NCBI RefSeq assembly: GCF_006345805.1
Contig: NC_043001.1
Span: 116,622,001 to 116,686,000 of the forward strand
DNA from: Octopus sinensis
Lineage: Eukaryota
DNA: 64,000 bases
Reading direction: 5' to 3'
Shown: positions 48,860 through 62,187 of the stretch, one piece after another
Numbering within the stretch: the first letter of the stretch is position 1
How the letters are laid out: each line of letters opens with the position of its first letter
Notes under the pieces: generated by a model
Database searches by the model: none
Told to the model about the DNA's origin: nothing
What the model saw: the letters and a program-made list of their open reading frames with translations, nothing else
Program-made: the position numbers and the translations under genes

Positions 48860-50617
48860 AATAAACATTACAGATGCTTTGCCCCTTGCAGAAACTGCAG
48901 AAGCTACTCAAAAGTTTTATAAGCTCTTCTAAATCCATTGCAAAGTTCGAAACCCTTTCGTATCGGCAGCAGGTATCTCCAGACCACAAGCGCTTCGCCC
49001 TTCTACGGAAGGGTTCCACTTGCGGTCTCTTATTAACCATTGTCACCTTGAGTTGGCTTCAACTGCCGTGCCTATCCCTATGGTGGCTCTTCAGTTGTTT
49101 GGGTTCCAGGTCTATCATCTGTAGAAGATAGTGCACCGATAGCTGAAAAGGCGCAGTCGCCGACTTCGATAGGAAATGAAGCCGCATGCCATCTCTTAAC
49201 AAGGGCCTCATCGACCAAGTACTAATATTTGGTTTACTTTAGCTGGTGGGAAATATTGAATCTGTCCTCCTGTACAGTGATTTCGACCACGATAATTGTT
49301 TTTGTACTCCTGGAGAAAAAGGAATATGTCAGGTTGGAGTGATGTCTCTTCTTAGGAGGCGAGTGTGACTTCAGTTTCACTTGCATCTCCCAGTCTGAAG
49401 TTGGATGCAAAATAGAAAACGGACCCCGCCTTTGCTTTTGTCTTAGGAACCTTGTTGCTTTCTCTTAAAAGCCTGATACCCTTTTCAGATCAGTCCACAT
49501 GTCAATTTCTGCAAAACCCTTGTCATACTTCCACTTGTACAGCCTTCTCTCAGTACACTCGGTCAAAATGTGATTCAGGGTGCAAAGAGTTACGCAACAC
49601 TGCTTGCAAAGCGGATCTTCTTTGCTCCATGTTTTAAGGTTATTCGGATTTGGCAAGAGGTCAGCGACAGCACGGAGGAAGAGGAGCAATCTTCCTGGTC
49701 AATACTCCAGAGTTTCTTTCAAGACAGAGAGTGCTCGAGTGTCTAGTCCCACAGTATCCATTGTCTCTGGTGGGCAAGTCTTACTGCCTTCGCATGGCGA
49801 TCCTCCTCTGTTGAATCACGGATCCTTTGCACTATGAACTCTCACTTGTTCCTAGTACTGATGTTTCCCTTATCTTGGCGCTGTAGTTGCCAAGCTCTAA
49901 CCGTCCGTGACAGACTACATCAACAATCTCCGAGTGTTTGCAGTATGTTTCCGCTCCTTGTGGTCTTATTGGTGTGTCTGACTTTCTCATCCTCAGATTA
50001 CATGCATTGCACTGATGGCTGTTTCCTTCGTGGTGAAATTTGTTAGCGGAGCTTAGAGGCTTTGCTGTACAAACTGTGAGCTGAAAATTGTGGGAACACC
50101 CAGTTACCTTTGCACGAATTTACTGCACAGCTTCTGCATTGCCTGTATCTGAGTCATGAAAAAGTCATAAGTCAAACATGGCCATTGCAGTCTGGGTGTG
50201 ACGCCATACTGGAAGCACCATACTTTGAACCACCCAAGTATTTCTTATCGGCTGCTCTCATCCAGTTGTCAAGTGAGATCTTAGTGTCTTCAGTATTACC
50301 AATATCCTTAAGGTACGATCGTAATTGATCCCAAGGCATCGGATTCGTTTGCCCTGAGTGCTGAAGATGTCGTTTGTCAGCTTTTCTATGAGGATTCAGG
50401 CTTCACGATTTCACTGGATCAAACTTCATGTATTACTATGTGGTTATCTTTCCAGCGAGCTAAATGTTCACCATGCTTTCTCGGTTGATGCTATCTTAAA
50501 CGTTATGTCGTCTTTGAAGGCTCTGCAAACTAGATTTCCTGTGTTTTCGTCAGTTTCGGGACCTCCCGACTGCTTTCCTTCTACCTCCAGCAATAAGGGT
50601 CATGGCCGTCATTCTTA
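48860..50617 (-). mobile_element. 5'-truncated RLE-bearing non-LTR retrotransposon, most like the Hero clade
   Basis: RAFKDDIT (RT), FQYGVTPRLQWP (thumb), DLLPNPNNLKTW..C..C..TLNHIL..C (CCHC), TSLQPDI...IIVVEITV...FPIEVG (RLE); many frameshifts and stops. Confidence 0.85.
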
Positions 50618-50703
50618 GTATCACGAAAATTGTGCACTCTGCCATAAAACTCTTTTACAGTCTCACTCACTCACTCATTCACACACACAAACACACACAC
50701 ACT

Positions 50704-51738
50704 CGAGGGTTGTACCGAAAATAATGCAACGGTAGTGTGTAGATTACGACGAAATCGGAATTTAATATGAAAAAATATTTGGTAGACTCGCACACATACA
50801 TATTGACAGACTCCACATATATCTAAATACGAAACTTGAAATTTCGAAAAAAAATTGTTATGCATGTCAAGTTTGTATGTGTGCGTGCTCACTATTTTTC
50901 TTTTCACATCAAATTGCGATATAATTGTAATTTATACTCTCTGAAAAGTATTTCAAGAAAATTTTATTAAAAAATACCCATTTTTCTGAAAGTTATGAGG
51001 AAACAACGCCAACTTGTGGGAATTTTCCGAAACTCCTCTTCTCACCCACAGAAAAGTATTTTCACAACAAATTTTGATATAATCGAAATCAACATCATCT
51101 GAAACGTATTTATAGAAAATTTCATTTAAAAATTCCCTTTTTCTGGAAGTTATGAGGAAACAAATTTAGCACACATCTGTAGGAATGCCCAGAAGAATAC
51201 CAGTCTTCATTGGCATCAAAAGCTTCCGGCAGATCAGAACAGACTTCTCACACTTCTCTTCGACAAATCAAGAGTCTACTGCTAATAAATTCACTTTGCA
51301 CACATTTTCCTATATCCGAAATCTTCAACCATCTCTTTTGCATCCTGACCACTGTCCAATTGTATAGCAAGCTCATAGATAGTGACTAGTCTTTCTGCAC
51401 AAACCAGTTCGTTCGTCCACTCACTGGCGATTCGTGTCAGTCAGTGGTCGCTTTTAATGGTCTCCCATTGTATAATTTGTTTTCAAAGCTGGTTTCTCCA
51501 CTTCATCCATCTGTGCACATTGCTCGTGCCATTTGTGTCGTTTTCTGTGGCACTGTCAGACTCTTGGCACTCCTTCTTCGCAAAGAATTCAGTGACGTTG
51601 CTTCTACTCGAAACCTATTGTTTGCTTGTAATTAATAACAGGAAGAAGAGTTACTTTATCAACATGTAAATTTTAAATGACCTAGGTCAGTTGATAATAA
51701 GGTTATATCTACTTCTACATTACTTTCGGTACAGCTCG
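50704..51738 (-). mobile_element. Deleted mariner element: both TIRs, N-terminal transposase, unrelated filler
   Basis: TIR cgagggttgtaccgaaaataatg versus cattactttcggtacagctcg. Minus-strand translation VTEFF..., NVHRW, VTIYELA...FGYRKMCAK* at ~51190-51640. Confidence 0.75.
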
Positions 51739-52134
51739 CGCACGTCTGTGTGTGCTGCGAACGTGTGTGTGGGAAAGAGAGAAAAACGTAAATTAAACCT
51801 CAGATTTACTCTTTATGATTGCTTCAAATTTCGTTTCACCGCCTTTCAAAACAATTTAAGCCGTTATATTTCAGGATAATATTTAAAACAAGACTTTATC
51901 ACACGCGGCTTAGAAATTAGATAATGAAATAATTATAAATAGCTTATAGTATTTAAACACAGATATGGCGGTTGGCAAAATACAGTAAACAAGATAAAGG
52001 CCAATTATAATTAGGAAGGGGCAAAGAGAAAGAAAGAGAAGGAAACCAAGAGTCGAGAAGATAGGGGCCAGGAAAATGGATGAACAATACTTTTTAATAG
52101 AATTCGCGGCAGACATCAGCGATAGGTAGCCACA

Positions 52135-52800
52135 CAAGTTGAAATTTCTCCGTTTTGACGGAGATTTTTCAGATTTATTTTTCATGGTGCCCTTGGAAAT
52201 GATGGAGAGCATCTTTTTCGCAAAAGAAAATTTCGAAAACCGATTTTTTTTTAATCCTCCCCACCATCTGATACCTCCCTTGTTTCTTTAATATTTTCTC
52301 ACCATACACATATTTAATTGAGTAATGGGGAAAAGGCTTAACAAAAAAAAATTGTCATGTATATTAAGAAAGAAATTTATAAATATGGGGCTGAAAATTT
52401 TTTTCTTTTTTTTTAACGAAAATGTTTCTCCCGGCGGTTTTTAAGCGCGAAGTGCCCCACACAATCGACAAAAATCGGTCTGGAGAGTGGGGACTAAAAA
52501 AAAACATTTTCCGAATTTTTTTTTTTTTTTTTTGCTAAAAAGATGCTTCCCCGTCATTTCTAAGAACGCCGTGGAAAAAAAATCTAAAAAAAAAAACGTC
52601 AAAACGGAGAAATTCCAACTTTTTTCCATTACTCAAATATGTTTATGGTGAGAAAATATTAAAGAAACAAGGGAGGTATCAGATGGTGGAGAGGATTTTA
52701 AAAAATCGGTTTTCGAAATTTTCTTTTGCGAAAAAGATGCTCTCCTTCATTTTCAAAGGCACCATGAAAAATAAAGTCAGAGCAAGGATTTTTCTTTTTT
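52135..52800. repeat. ~185-bp unit in inverted plus tandem arrangement
   Basis: 52172-52335 is the reverse complement of 52620-52780; a second diverged unit lies at ~52480-52625. Confidence 0.8.
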
Positions 52801-53159
52801 TTTTCCAGAAATTTAACATTAATTCTATTAACTTCATGATAGTGTTTTAATGGTGTCGTCGTGGCATGACGTTTCTTGGGCATTTTTAGTGAAAGTTGAG
52901 CTCATCACTCCATAGTGACAGCAACCGGTTTCTTCCATAAGAAGGAAGAGATAGACAGAGAAAGAAGCCGATCAAAAGGTGGAGGCGGGGAGCACGAGAG
53001 AAAGAAAAAGAATCGATCTCCTTACAAGACTTGCACTTTATTTATCGAACCCAGAAGGACGACAAGGTAAAGCTGACCGCGAAGGGATTTGAACTTAAAG
53101 CGTAGAGAGCCGGGACGATTACTGCCAAGCAATCTATCCAATGGTTTAACAACTCCACC

Positions 53160-53205
53160 AATACATACATACATACATACATACATACACTTACATATAC
53201 ATACA

Positions 53206-53239
<34 letters not shown>

Positions 53240-53294
53240 CATACATAAATACACACACACACACACACACACATATATACATACATACATACAT

Positions 53295-53327
<33 letters not shown>

Positions 53328-53402
53328 TACACACACACATACATACATACATACATACATACATACACACACATACATACATACATACATACATACATAC
53401 AT
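53160..53402. repeat. (CATA)n/(CA)n microsatellite
   Basis: Direct observation. Confidence 0.97.
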
Positions 53403-53581
53403 GTAGGTTTACCTGATAAATGATTTCGTTTCTTACCAACTTAAGTAAGAGGGATATTTTTATCACAGTGTTTTATGGGTTTATTTTTGTTCTTTGTTTT
53501 TTTTTTATTTTGTAGTTCTATTCTTCCTCTACATCTTTTTTGAAATTCGAATAAATTTTACTTCGTAACAGACATATGACG

Positions 53582-54200
53582 ATGGAATGCCAAATAGACA
53601 AAAAATAAACATTTTTGATACCTGCTTCTCTTTGCTTTCAGTCACAGTTCTAAAGCTGCCAAAACTGCTCGAGATATTTGCGTTGCAAACAAAACAAAAA
53701 GTGCTGTTACTGAAAGAACTCCATAGAAATGGTTTTCACGCTTCAAGGAGGGGGAATTCGACCTCACAAACTATTTGCTTTCCAACCGGCCTGTTCAGTT
53801 CCATGAGGATCGATTGAACAAACTCATTCACGAAGATCCGCATCAACCCACTAAGGAATTGGCCCAGCAGTTGCAATGCTCTGATGAAACTCCTGCTCAT
53901 CACCTTCTCTCGATGGGTCAGGATACACCGAAATCCAACTGAAACGACAAGATCAGTGACACGGCAAACTTCTTCAATACGACAACACCCGTCATCATAC
54001 GGCTAAGTTGACCAAAAATGCTATTCAAGAGATTAGTTGGGAATTTCTCCCGCACCCACTGTATTCTTCTCATATAGCGCCTTCGAATTATCACCTTATT
54101 CGGTCGCTCTCCAATAGTCAACGAAGCGTTTCGTTCATCAACCAACGTGGATCGGAAAACAGGCTCGATTAATGCAGTCACTATGAGTGATGAGCTCAAC
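53582..54200 (+). pseudogene. Mariner (Mos1-like) transposase relic with internal deletion
   Basis: MECQ...KWFSRFKEGEFDL...EDPHQPTKELA joined to DNTRHHTA...WEFLPHPLYSSHIAPSNYHL (the YSPDLAPSDY motif). Confidence 0.88.
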
Positions 54201-54683
54201 CAATGGACATAAGATGAAATAAGAACAATAATAAACGAGTTAAGAACGAATGCATAGTGCGTGTGTTTATTTGGCTTGAAAAACTTGACCGTCCCGAAAT
54301 ATAACAACACACACACACAACACATACATACTGGTATGTCATGAATTCGCTCTTTTGTTTCCAATTATTTTCATCCTTCTTTTTCATCAGTTTTTAGCAA
54401 ATCAGTCAAGGCTATATTATTCTTCATTGTTCATGGCTTCTTGCGAATGTTCTACTAGCTTGTGAATGTCTTGAAAGTAGCAATCACTAAGGCTCGACTT
54501 GAGGAGGCTGTGCTCCAGCATGACTACAGTTAAATGACTGAAACAAGTAATATATATATATGTATGTATATGAATATATGTATGTATGTATATGTATATA
54601 TGTAGATATATATGTATATGTATATATATGTATGTATATGTACATGTATACATGTAGGTAGGTATATATATATATATATATAA

Positions 54684-54758
<75 letters not shown>

Positions 54759-55019
54759 TATTTTTTGTGAATTCTCCCTATATATATATGTTTTAAAAAT
54801 TTTGTAAACATTACTCCATACAGACATATTTTTTTTAAAAACAGGATATTTTAAAAAATTAATTTCAAATTAAAAAGAAGATTATGTAGATTACAAAATG
54901 TCAACCTTTGGAGAAAAAGTTGTGAGTAAGCCCTGTCGTTGTTCAACTTTTCAAACACACGTGTTGTGGCTTTAATGCGTATAGACGTTTATTTTAGTAA
55001 TGGCGTTAACTTTTTCAGG

Positions 55020-56445
55020 GTTTTTTCGGATTTAGAATTCTCATAAAGTATTCTTTTTTTTTTTTCCTTTTGTATTTGATCATTTTCATCCTTTATTTTG
55101 TAGAAGGGGAAGGTTTCAAATTTTCCATTTGCGCAAATATCTAAGTGTTTACGACATGGAGCATTTCTAAGGGATGAATTTTTAATTTACTATTAATGTA
55201 CGTTTCTATGGCTCATTAGTTTTGTGTCTGTTTCCCCGACTAATGTAATTTGCTTTGCATTGTGGGTATGTGATACAGTAGATGGGTTGTGTGTGGGGGG
55301 GGGGGTCCAATTCATATTTGCATTTACTTTCAATTACTTCCCATCCTTGAATCTTTTGGGTGTTCCTTTTTCAATAACTTCATACGTCTCCACAGTTTGT
55401 TACTTGTATTATTTCTTTCTCTCTCGCCTTTTGAGATTTGGTGGTTGTCTTCGGCTGTTGAGGATTTATGATTTGGCAATTATTTGTCGGAGATTTCATA
55501 ACTGATGTGGGAAGCACTCCGTCGGTTACGACGACGAGGGTTCCGGTTGATCCGAATCAACGGAACAGCCTGCTCGTGAAATTAACGTGTAAGTGGCTGA
55601 GCACACCACAGACACGTGCACCCTTAACGTAGTTCTCGGGGATATTCAGGGTGACACAGAGAGTGACAAGGCCGGCCCCTTGAAATACAGGTACAACAGA
55701 AACAGGAAGTAAGAGTGAGAGAAAGTTGTGGTGGAAGAGTACAGCAGGGATCATCACTATCTCCTGCCGGAGCCTCGTGGAGCTTTAGGTGTTTTCGCGC
55801 AATAAACACTCACAACGCCCGGTCTGGGAATCGAAACCGCAATCCTATGACCGCGAGTCCGCTGCCCTAACCACTGGGCCATTGCACCTCCATATAACTG
55901 ATGTAGAATTGGGCGGTATCGTTTGAACAAAATGAAAGATATTCCGGTTCCTAATATTATAGGTGACTACAAATGGAATATCTATATTTGAATTTTTTCC
56001 CCCTCAGCGTAAGTGTTTCTCTGTAAGGCAGAGATCGGAATCTTTTTTGCTTTGGTTATGCCATCATTTATTAGCCTTTTCAGGGTATTTCTGGTTTTGA
56101 AGAAACCTATTTTAGTTTCAACCAGTCGTTTCTCTCGTTTATTTGTGTCTGTAACTTTTGAGCATATACGCTTTGCTATATAGAATGGTATGTTCCTTTT
56201 TGTGCGGGAGATATGATAAAATATAAAATTTAAATATTGGTGAGCCTAAGTCCTTACAGTGGAGATCGATTTTAACTAATTCATTTTTTTTTAATTATTA
56301 GAATGTCCAAAACAAAGAATCCCCTTTCATTCACTTCTATAGGGAACTGGATCGATGTGTGGATCTGAGGATGCTGTGAATGCTATTTATTAAATTAAGG
56401 AAATTTGCAAGGTCCTCCTTACTTTTGTTCCAAAATATAAAGCAA

Positions 56446-56542
<97 letters not shown>

Positions 56543-56800
56543 CAGTTATATATATATATTGGTGATTGTTTTTCGTTCCCTGAACTCTTTCCGTTTTCCT
56601 TTCCGACATATATATTGTAGTGTGCTGCTTAAAGCCCGTCCGTAGTATTCTGCTACCTGATGTGAATAACAGTATGGAGGTGTATGCTACTGGATTTACT
56701 TCAGGAATTCCTTTGCGTCCGTTCAGTTTATGTAAAAAATGAGATGGAAAATGAAATTCACGTAACTCTTTATTCAGAACCACTATGAATAAAGAGTTTC
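55020..56800 (-). mobile_element. Second Penelope-like relic (RT C-terminus + GIY-YIG), interrupted by a SINE and (CA)n
   Basis: CFIFWNKSKEDLANFLNLINSIH, IPFVVTYN, SRRQPPNLK, IYCITYPQCKANYI, KHLDICANGKFETFPFYK...LNP*. Confidence 0.85.
55509..55893 (-). mobile_element. Family B SINE with 11-bp TSD inside the Penelope relic
   Basis: TSD ataactgatgt at 55498-55508 and 55894-55904. Confidence 0.92.
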
Positions 56801-56825
56801 GTGAATTCCATTTTCTATCTCGCAT

Positions 56826-56870
<45 letters not shown>

Positions 56871-56916
56871 ACGCGCGAGCACTTACATGGTAACCAAAGA
56901 ATGAATATTCATTTTA

Positions 56917-57390
56917 ACAGGTGATAACTCACTTAATTTTCATTTCATTATAGATTTAACTCAATTTTGATAACGAACGGAGTCAGACTAAGCTTTGAGG
57001 AAAGAAAATTTATACTAAAGGGCCACTGGAAGTTTGAAAAGCGGTCGAAATGCAAAGACAGTTTAGGAAGAGTTTCAAACAGGTTCAGCTTCGCGACTCA
57101 CTATCCATTGGAATTAGAGATATGTTCGATGTCGATAGAATAGTTCAGAATGTCCAGAAGAGACCTTCCGGAAGACCGCGGCAGTCGGAAACTCTACAAA
57201 ACAAAAAATGGTATCGGAAACGTATTGCCAGAGTTCAAGAAGGTAGGAATTTTAAAAGCAACCTTCCATCGCATTTTTAGACTCTGGCATTGGAAAAGTT
57301 ACATTCTAACAATAATCCACGCTTTCAATGAAGGTGATCGGGACAGAAGCATTCTGTTTTGCATGTGGTACTTGGCAAGATGTGTAGATG
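56917..57390 (+). pseudogene. Tc1/mariner-superfamily (DUF4817-type HTH) transposase N-terminal relic
   Basis: LSFEERKFILK...EMQRQF...SGRPRQS...WKSYILTIIHAFNEGDRDR...FCMW. Confidence 0.72.
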
Positions 57391-57559
57391 AGGGTCGATA
57401 AAATAAAGTATCAATCAAGTACTGGAGTCAGTAGTAATGCAGTGAAGACGAGAACCCGGTGGAGATTCGAACCCTAGTTCTCAAATTTTTCCCAGTCAAG
57501 AATCACAACTTAATATATTTCCATAAATGAAAAAATTTCCATAAAAAATATTAGCGCCT

Positions 57560-57880
57560 ACGCGAATAAGGTTAGATCAATCATCTTTAGCTGACTTATC
57601 TATGGGTAAGGCGGCAACCTCAAAGGGAGAATGCAAGTTTTCCCGCCAAACTAATTCTAGAACCTTCGGGGCCGCCCAATATTTAATTAATCTCAGAGCT
57701 ATCCCATGATTATACGGGTCAAGTTACTTTTCCCGTATGCTAAGTCTCTCACTTGACCCATCTATTCTCCTGGCAAATTCTTCCTCATCAGAGAGCTACT
57801 TCGGGGTTTGTGCGCGTCGGTCGTTTTTCCCAGGTTAGCCTCTCAACTCGCTTATCTTTCTCTCCTATTCATAAGTCTTG
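57560..57880 (-). mobile_element. Possible 3' end of another Tx1-like element
   Basis: LSDEEEFARR resembles the EF.xRW C-terminal motif of the other Tx1 relics; GC-richer block. Confidence 0.3.
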
Positions 57881-57980
57881 ACTAATAGTGACAATCAACG
57901 AATATTCATTACATATTAAGATTCATACGCCCGTACAATTTGCACAATATTAATTTATTGACTGTACATTTGTAAATACC

Positions 57981-58210
57981 TATTTCTTTACTACCCACAA
58001 GGGGCTAAACACAGAGAGGACAAACAAGGACAGACAAAGGGATTAAGTCGATTATATCGACCCCAGTGCGTAACTGGTACTTATTTAATCTATCCCGAAA
58101 GATGAAAGACAAAGTCGACCTCGGCGGAATTTGAACTCAGAACGTAACCGCAGACGAAATACCGCTAAGCATTTCGCCCGGTGTGCTAACGTTTCTGCCA
58201 GCTCGCCGCC
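57981..58210 (-). mobile_element. Young family D SINE with 23-bp TSD
   Basis: TSD ttgactgtacatttgtaaatacc at 57958-57980 and 58211-58233. Confidence 0.92.
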
Positions 58211-58329
58211 TTGACTGTACATTTGTAAATACCGTATGTTGATAAGTTAAATATATAGCAATTCAAACAAATCTTAATGTGATTATTGTCAACAGGCGCA
58301 ACCTAACAGCTTACTGTCTTGAGAACAGC

Positions 58330-58554
58330 TAGAAAAGTTCGGTCTAATAACCAGGTCTGAGCGAAATGCTTGGCAGCATTTCGTCCGTCTTTATATTCTG
58401 AGATCAAATTCTGCCGAGGTCGACTTTGCCTTTCATTCTTTCAGGGTCGATAAATTAAGTATCAGGGAAACACTGGGGTCGATGTAATCAACTAGTCCCT
58501 TCCGCCCCCACAAAATTTCAGGTCTTGCGGCTTTAGTAGATGTTATTATTATTA

Positions 58555-58605
<51 letters not shown>

Positions 58606-58725
58606 GCTTTAGCTCAGGTCCATTTCACCTTTTCGGGGTCGATAAAATAAGTAGCAGTTGAAAACTAGGGTTGATGTAATTGACTTCCCCTTCACCTCAA
58701 AACTGCTGGCCTTGTGCCAAATTTA
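58330..58725 (+). mobile_element. Two family D-like SINE copies separated by (TTA)n
   Basis: Core gccgaggtcgactttgcc and ggggtcgataaaataagta. Confidence 0.75.
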
Positions 58726-59821
58726 GAAAGAAAATTGTTGAGAAAACAATTAGCTTAAATTTCGTAAATCGTTTCACGTTACCAATTATTCAAACTATTG
58801 AAGAAGGAAAGCTACGTGAAAATATAACAACAGAACAGGTTGAATATTTTTGCCTATATGTTGTCACGCATCTTCCCTCCTTCAATCGTTTGAATAATTG
58901 GTCACATAAATCTGGACATAATGACAGAAGAGGCTTTAACTTCGAATGAAATGTATAAATTCTTCCTCATACATTGAATACTTTTCTCTTCGTTTGCAAA
59001 GTTCCTTGATCTGTGTCTGCGCGCGCGCGCGTATCTATGTGTATAGGTGTGTACGTGTGTGTGTGTATAGACACACACACACACACGCATATATGTATAG
59101 ACTGTTAGGTGTGATGTACAGAATGTGAATATTGAGAAAAAAAGTCGTCAGAATTTTAGAAAAAAAAATCTTTTTATTTCTTTATTATTATTAGCGCTTT
59201 CGTTCACCGTTGTTTACCTGTTGTTATCCGTAGATTTATTGCAGGAACTTCGAAGTGGCGGTTGTGGTAACAGTATTGATAAAATAGATGGAATGTATAA
59301 CAGATTTAAGTTAGAGTATTTGGGATTAACATTAGATTTTGTCTGTGGTGCTTCATTAGTTCGAACGCACGCGTGTGTAAACGTTCAAGTCTGTCACAGC
59401 TTCTTATGCAGAAGTTGATCATTATTTTCGCTAATTTCTCAGTTTTTTCTGAAATCGCTATTTTATTTGTGTTATCGTAACTTTGGACACTAAGAAACAG
59501 GATTCAAAATAGAAAGCTACGAGAAAACAAACATAGACTGCTTATTACTGAGAAACACGTGAGAGGTTTTTACAGACAGATTGCAATATACTGAAGGTTG
59601 TTCATAAGAATGACGTAATGTAAGAATTATTGAAACAGCTGCAGAAATGAATGGTTTGAAATATCCCTGATGTTATTTTCTATTGTTCACAGTATATGCA
59701 ACATTATACATGATATATATTTTACGTATGGTGTTAGGTGTTTAACACAGTAAACTATGTAGAGCTTTAATATAATTGATTTATTTTGCATATTCAGTAC
59801 ATCATAACGTTCTGTGTATGT

Positions 59822-59930
59822 CTACATACATACATACATACATGCATACATACATACATACATACATACATACATACATACATGCACACACGCACACACA
59901 TATATACGCGCGCGCGCACACACACACACA

Positions 59931-60005
<75 letters not shown>
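59822..60005. repeat. (CATA)n-(CG)n-(CA)n-(TA)n compound microsatellite
   Basis: Direct observation. Confidence 0.95.
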
Positions 60006-60007
<2 letters not shown>

Positions 60008-61100
60008 TCGCCCACGGACTCACATTTTATATTTCAGTTCTGTATTCAATGATATTTTAAAAAAATTTTGCACGTAAAATCATACTTTGCGTGTTTTTAA
60101 ATCAACTTCTTAGAAACAGTAGCTGAACATCTGTCTGCTCCAATTTGGCAATCAATCGATTTATTTGTTTCACCATTATATATTTTTCCATCTATCTATC
60201 TATTTATCTGTCAGCCTGTCTATATGTTCATCTCTTAATCTACCTTCTATCCCCACCTTTTGTCTGACAATATATATGATGAAAGTTGAAATGGATCTTA
60301 TCTTGAATGCCAGTTGGACATGTTTCGGTCTTACTAAACCTTCTCAGCAAGATATTTATTCCCACCTACTGCTTTCTCATTTCTGACATTTTTTTTTTTC
60401 GAAAATCTGTTCATATCTGTGATTTTAACATGTGAATATGATTCTGCTAATAAATAAATAAATAAATAGATAAATATATAAAATTAAGTTTTTAAATATT
60501 TTGTGTCTTCTTATTTTGCAGCAACTTTTTTGTATAATTCTTTTTTTTCCCCAGATTTTCACTGATATTTTGTATAATTCTCTTTTTTTTCCAAATTTTC
60601 ACTGAAATTTTGATTTTTGTAGCCTGAGAAATGAGGTAAAAGGGGCAAAAAATTTATTTTTAATTCAAATTTTTCTTTTCTTTTTTTTTTCAGAATCGTA
60701 ATCTTCGATTTTAAAACACAAATCCGAAGCAACTTTTGTGTTGAGGAACTAAATCATTTTCCATTCTGTTTTATAAGATTACCAAAACTTGCCATACTTT
60801 GGGCCATACCAATTCACGCAGACAGGTTATTGTCACGATAAAAATATTTCCTAAATGACATGGCAATTCTAACAGACGACAATACAATTCAAAAACAAAC
60901 TGGGAAATCGTTCGCAGAATTTTAGAACTCAATACTGACGCAAAAATATATAGTCGAAGCTTCCACTCATAAAACAGAAACAAGCACTATTAAATAGGAT
61001 CTTTATATTACGTTGACTTTTAATGCAAATTTAAAAAAGCACATACAAGACCAGATATTTTTGCAGAGAGTAGTGTCAATCTTATCAACCCCAGTACTTG

Positions 61101-61381
61101 TCTTCTTGTCTTGAGACAGCATTCACCCGGGGTGGGTTGAGCTGGCTTCATTCATTCTCAATGCTGCATCTCTCACAAACGCCGACCAGACCTGGCGATT
61201 TGAGGCTAACGACCGCGTGATCTCCAACCATTCCTTATTCCAGCGGCGAACGCCGTAGATATGGGGGACTAGGTTGGGTTCCAGATCAGCCTTGACTGTC
61301 ATCAGCCAGGTTTTTCGTTGTCCACCACATCGCTTTCGCCAACCCTGAAGGGGAGCTGGGGCAATTGCTTCGTATATTCCT
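61101..61381 (-). mobile_element. RTE-clade LINE 3' end with TSD, inserted in an old SINE
   Basis: Open frame IYEAIAPAPLQGWRKRCGGQRKTWL...RRWNKEW...LASNRQVWSAFVRD...HPG*, with a (caaga)n tail. TSD cagtacttg at 61092-61100 and 61382-61390. Confidence 0.88.
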
Positions 61382-62187
61382 CAGTACTTGACTGGTACGT
61401 ATTTTATTGAAGCATGTAAAAATGAGGGGTTTGAACCCAGAACGTAATGTAATAATGATGATGACAACGACGACTACATTGGAGTGGGTATAACATCTAC
61501 AATTTCCCATCATGTCTTCACATGATGTAAGAACGAAAACTGAAATTAGATTTTCACTAGGATGTAATATGAAAAATAACAAGAAAATTAAGATTTTCAC
61601 TGAAGCATTAACAAATTCAAAATGAAACACTCGTTACTTCCAGTTTTGCCCAGAAATGTTTAAAATGTCATACTGCAGTTGTTAGGTTGACTAGGTGAAC
61701 TCGGCCATTAAGATTTTGGTGTTTTGACCAGCGGCATAATATTTCAGTTGATTGCTTGTTAGTCGATCAATTCGATCATCTCCAATCTCATAAAATAGAT
61801 CGAAGTTATCGATTTTGAAGGAAAATCAATAGTAAGAGCCGCCGCGGGAAGAATAAATAAAATAGTCAGCTTATAGTGGGAAAATATACTTGATTGATGT
61901 CTGTGATATCTCAGACAGAGAGAGAGAGGGTTCTTTTTTATTCCATTGTTCTAAATAGAAGAATACTGTTGTTGTTGTTGTTGTCGTCGTCGTCGTCGTT
62001 TAACTTGGGGTGAGCAGAATGATCGGTGTTCCAACCATGACCACTCTAATTTTTTCAAGAATATAGGTTGAGATTTGATGCAAATGTACATACGTGTGTG
62101 TGTGTGTGTGGTATCCTGTCTGATGAATGAGAATGTGAAAATGTGAAATCTGAATAACTAGATGTAGGTTATATATATTATATATAT

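Noticed and set aside
57780-57800. CTGATGAG on the minus strand
   Set aside because: No stem II or GAAA follows; it fits Tx1-like coding sequence better.
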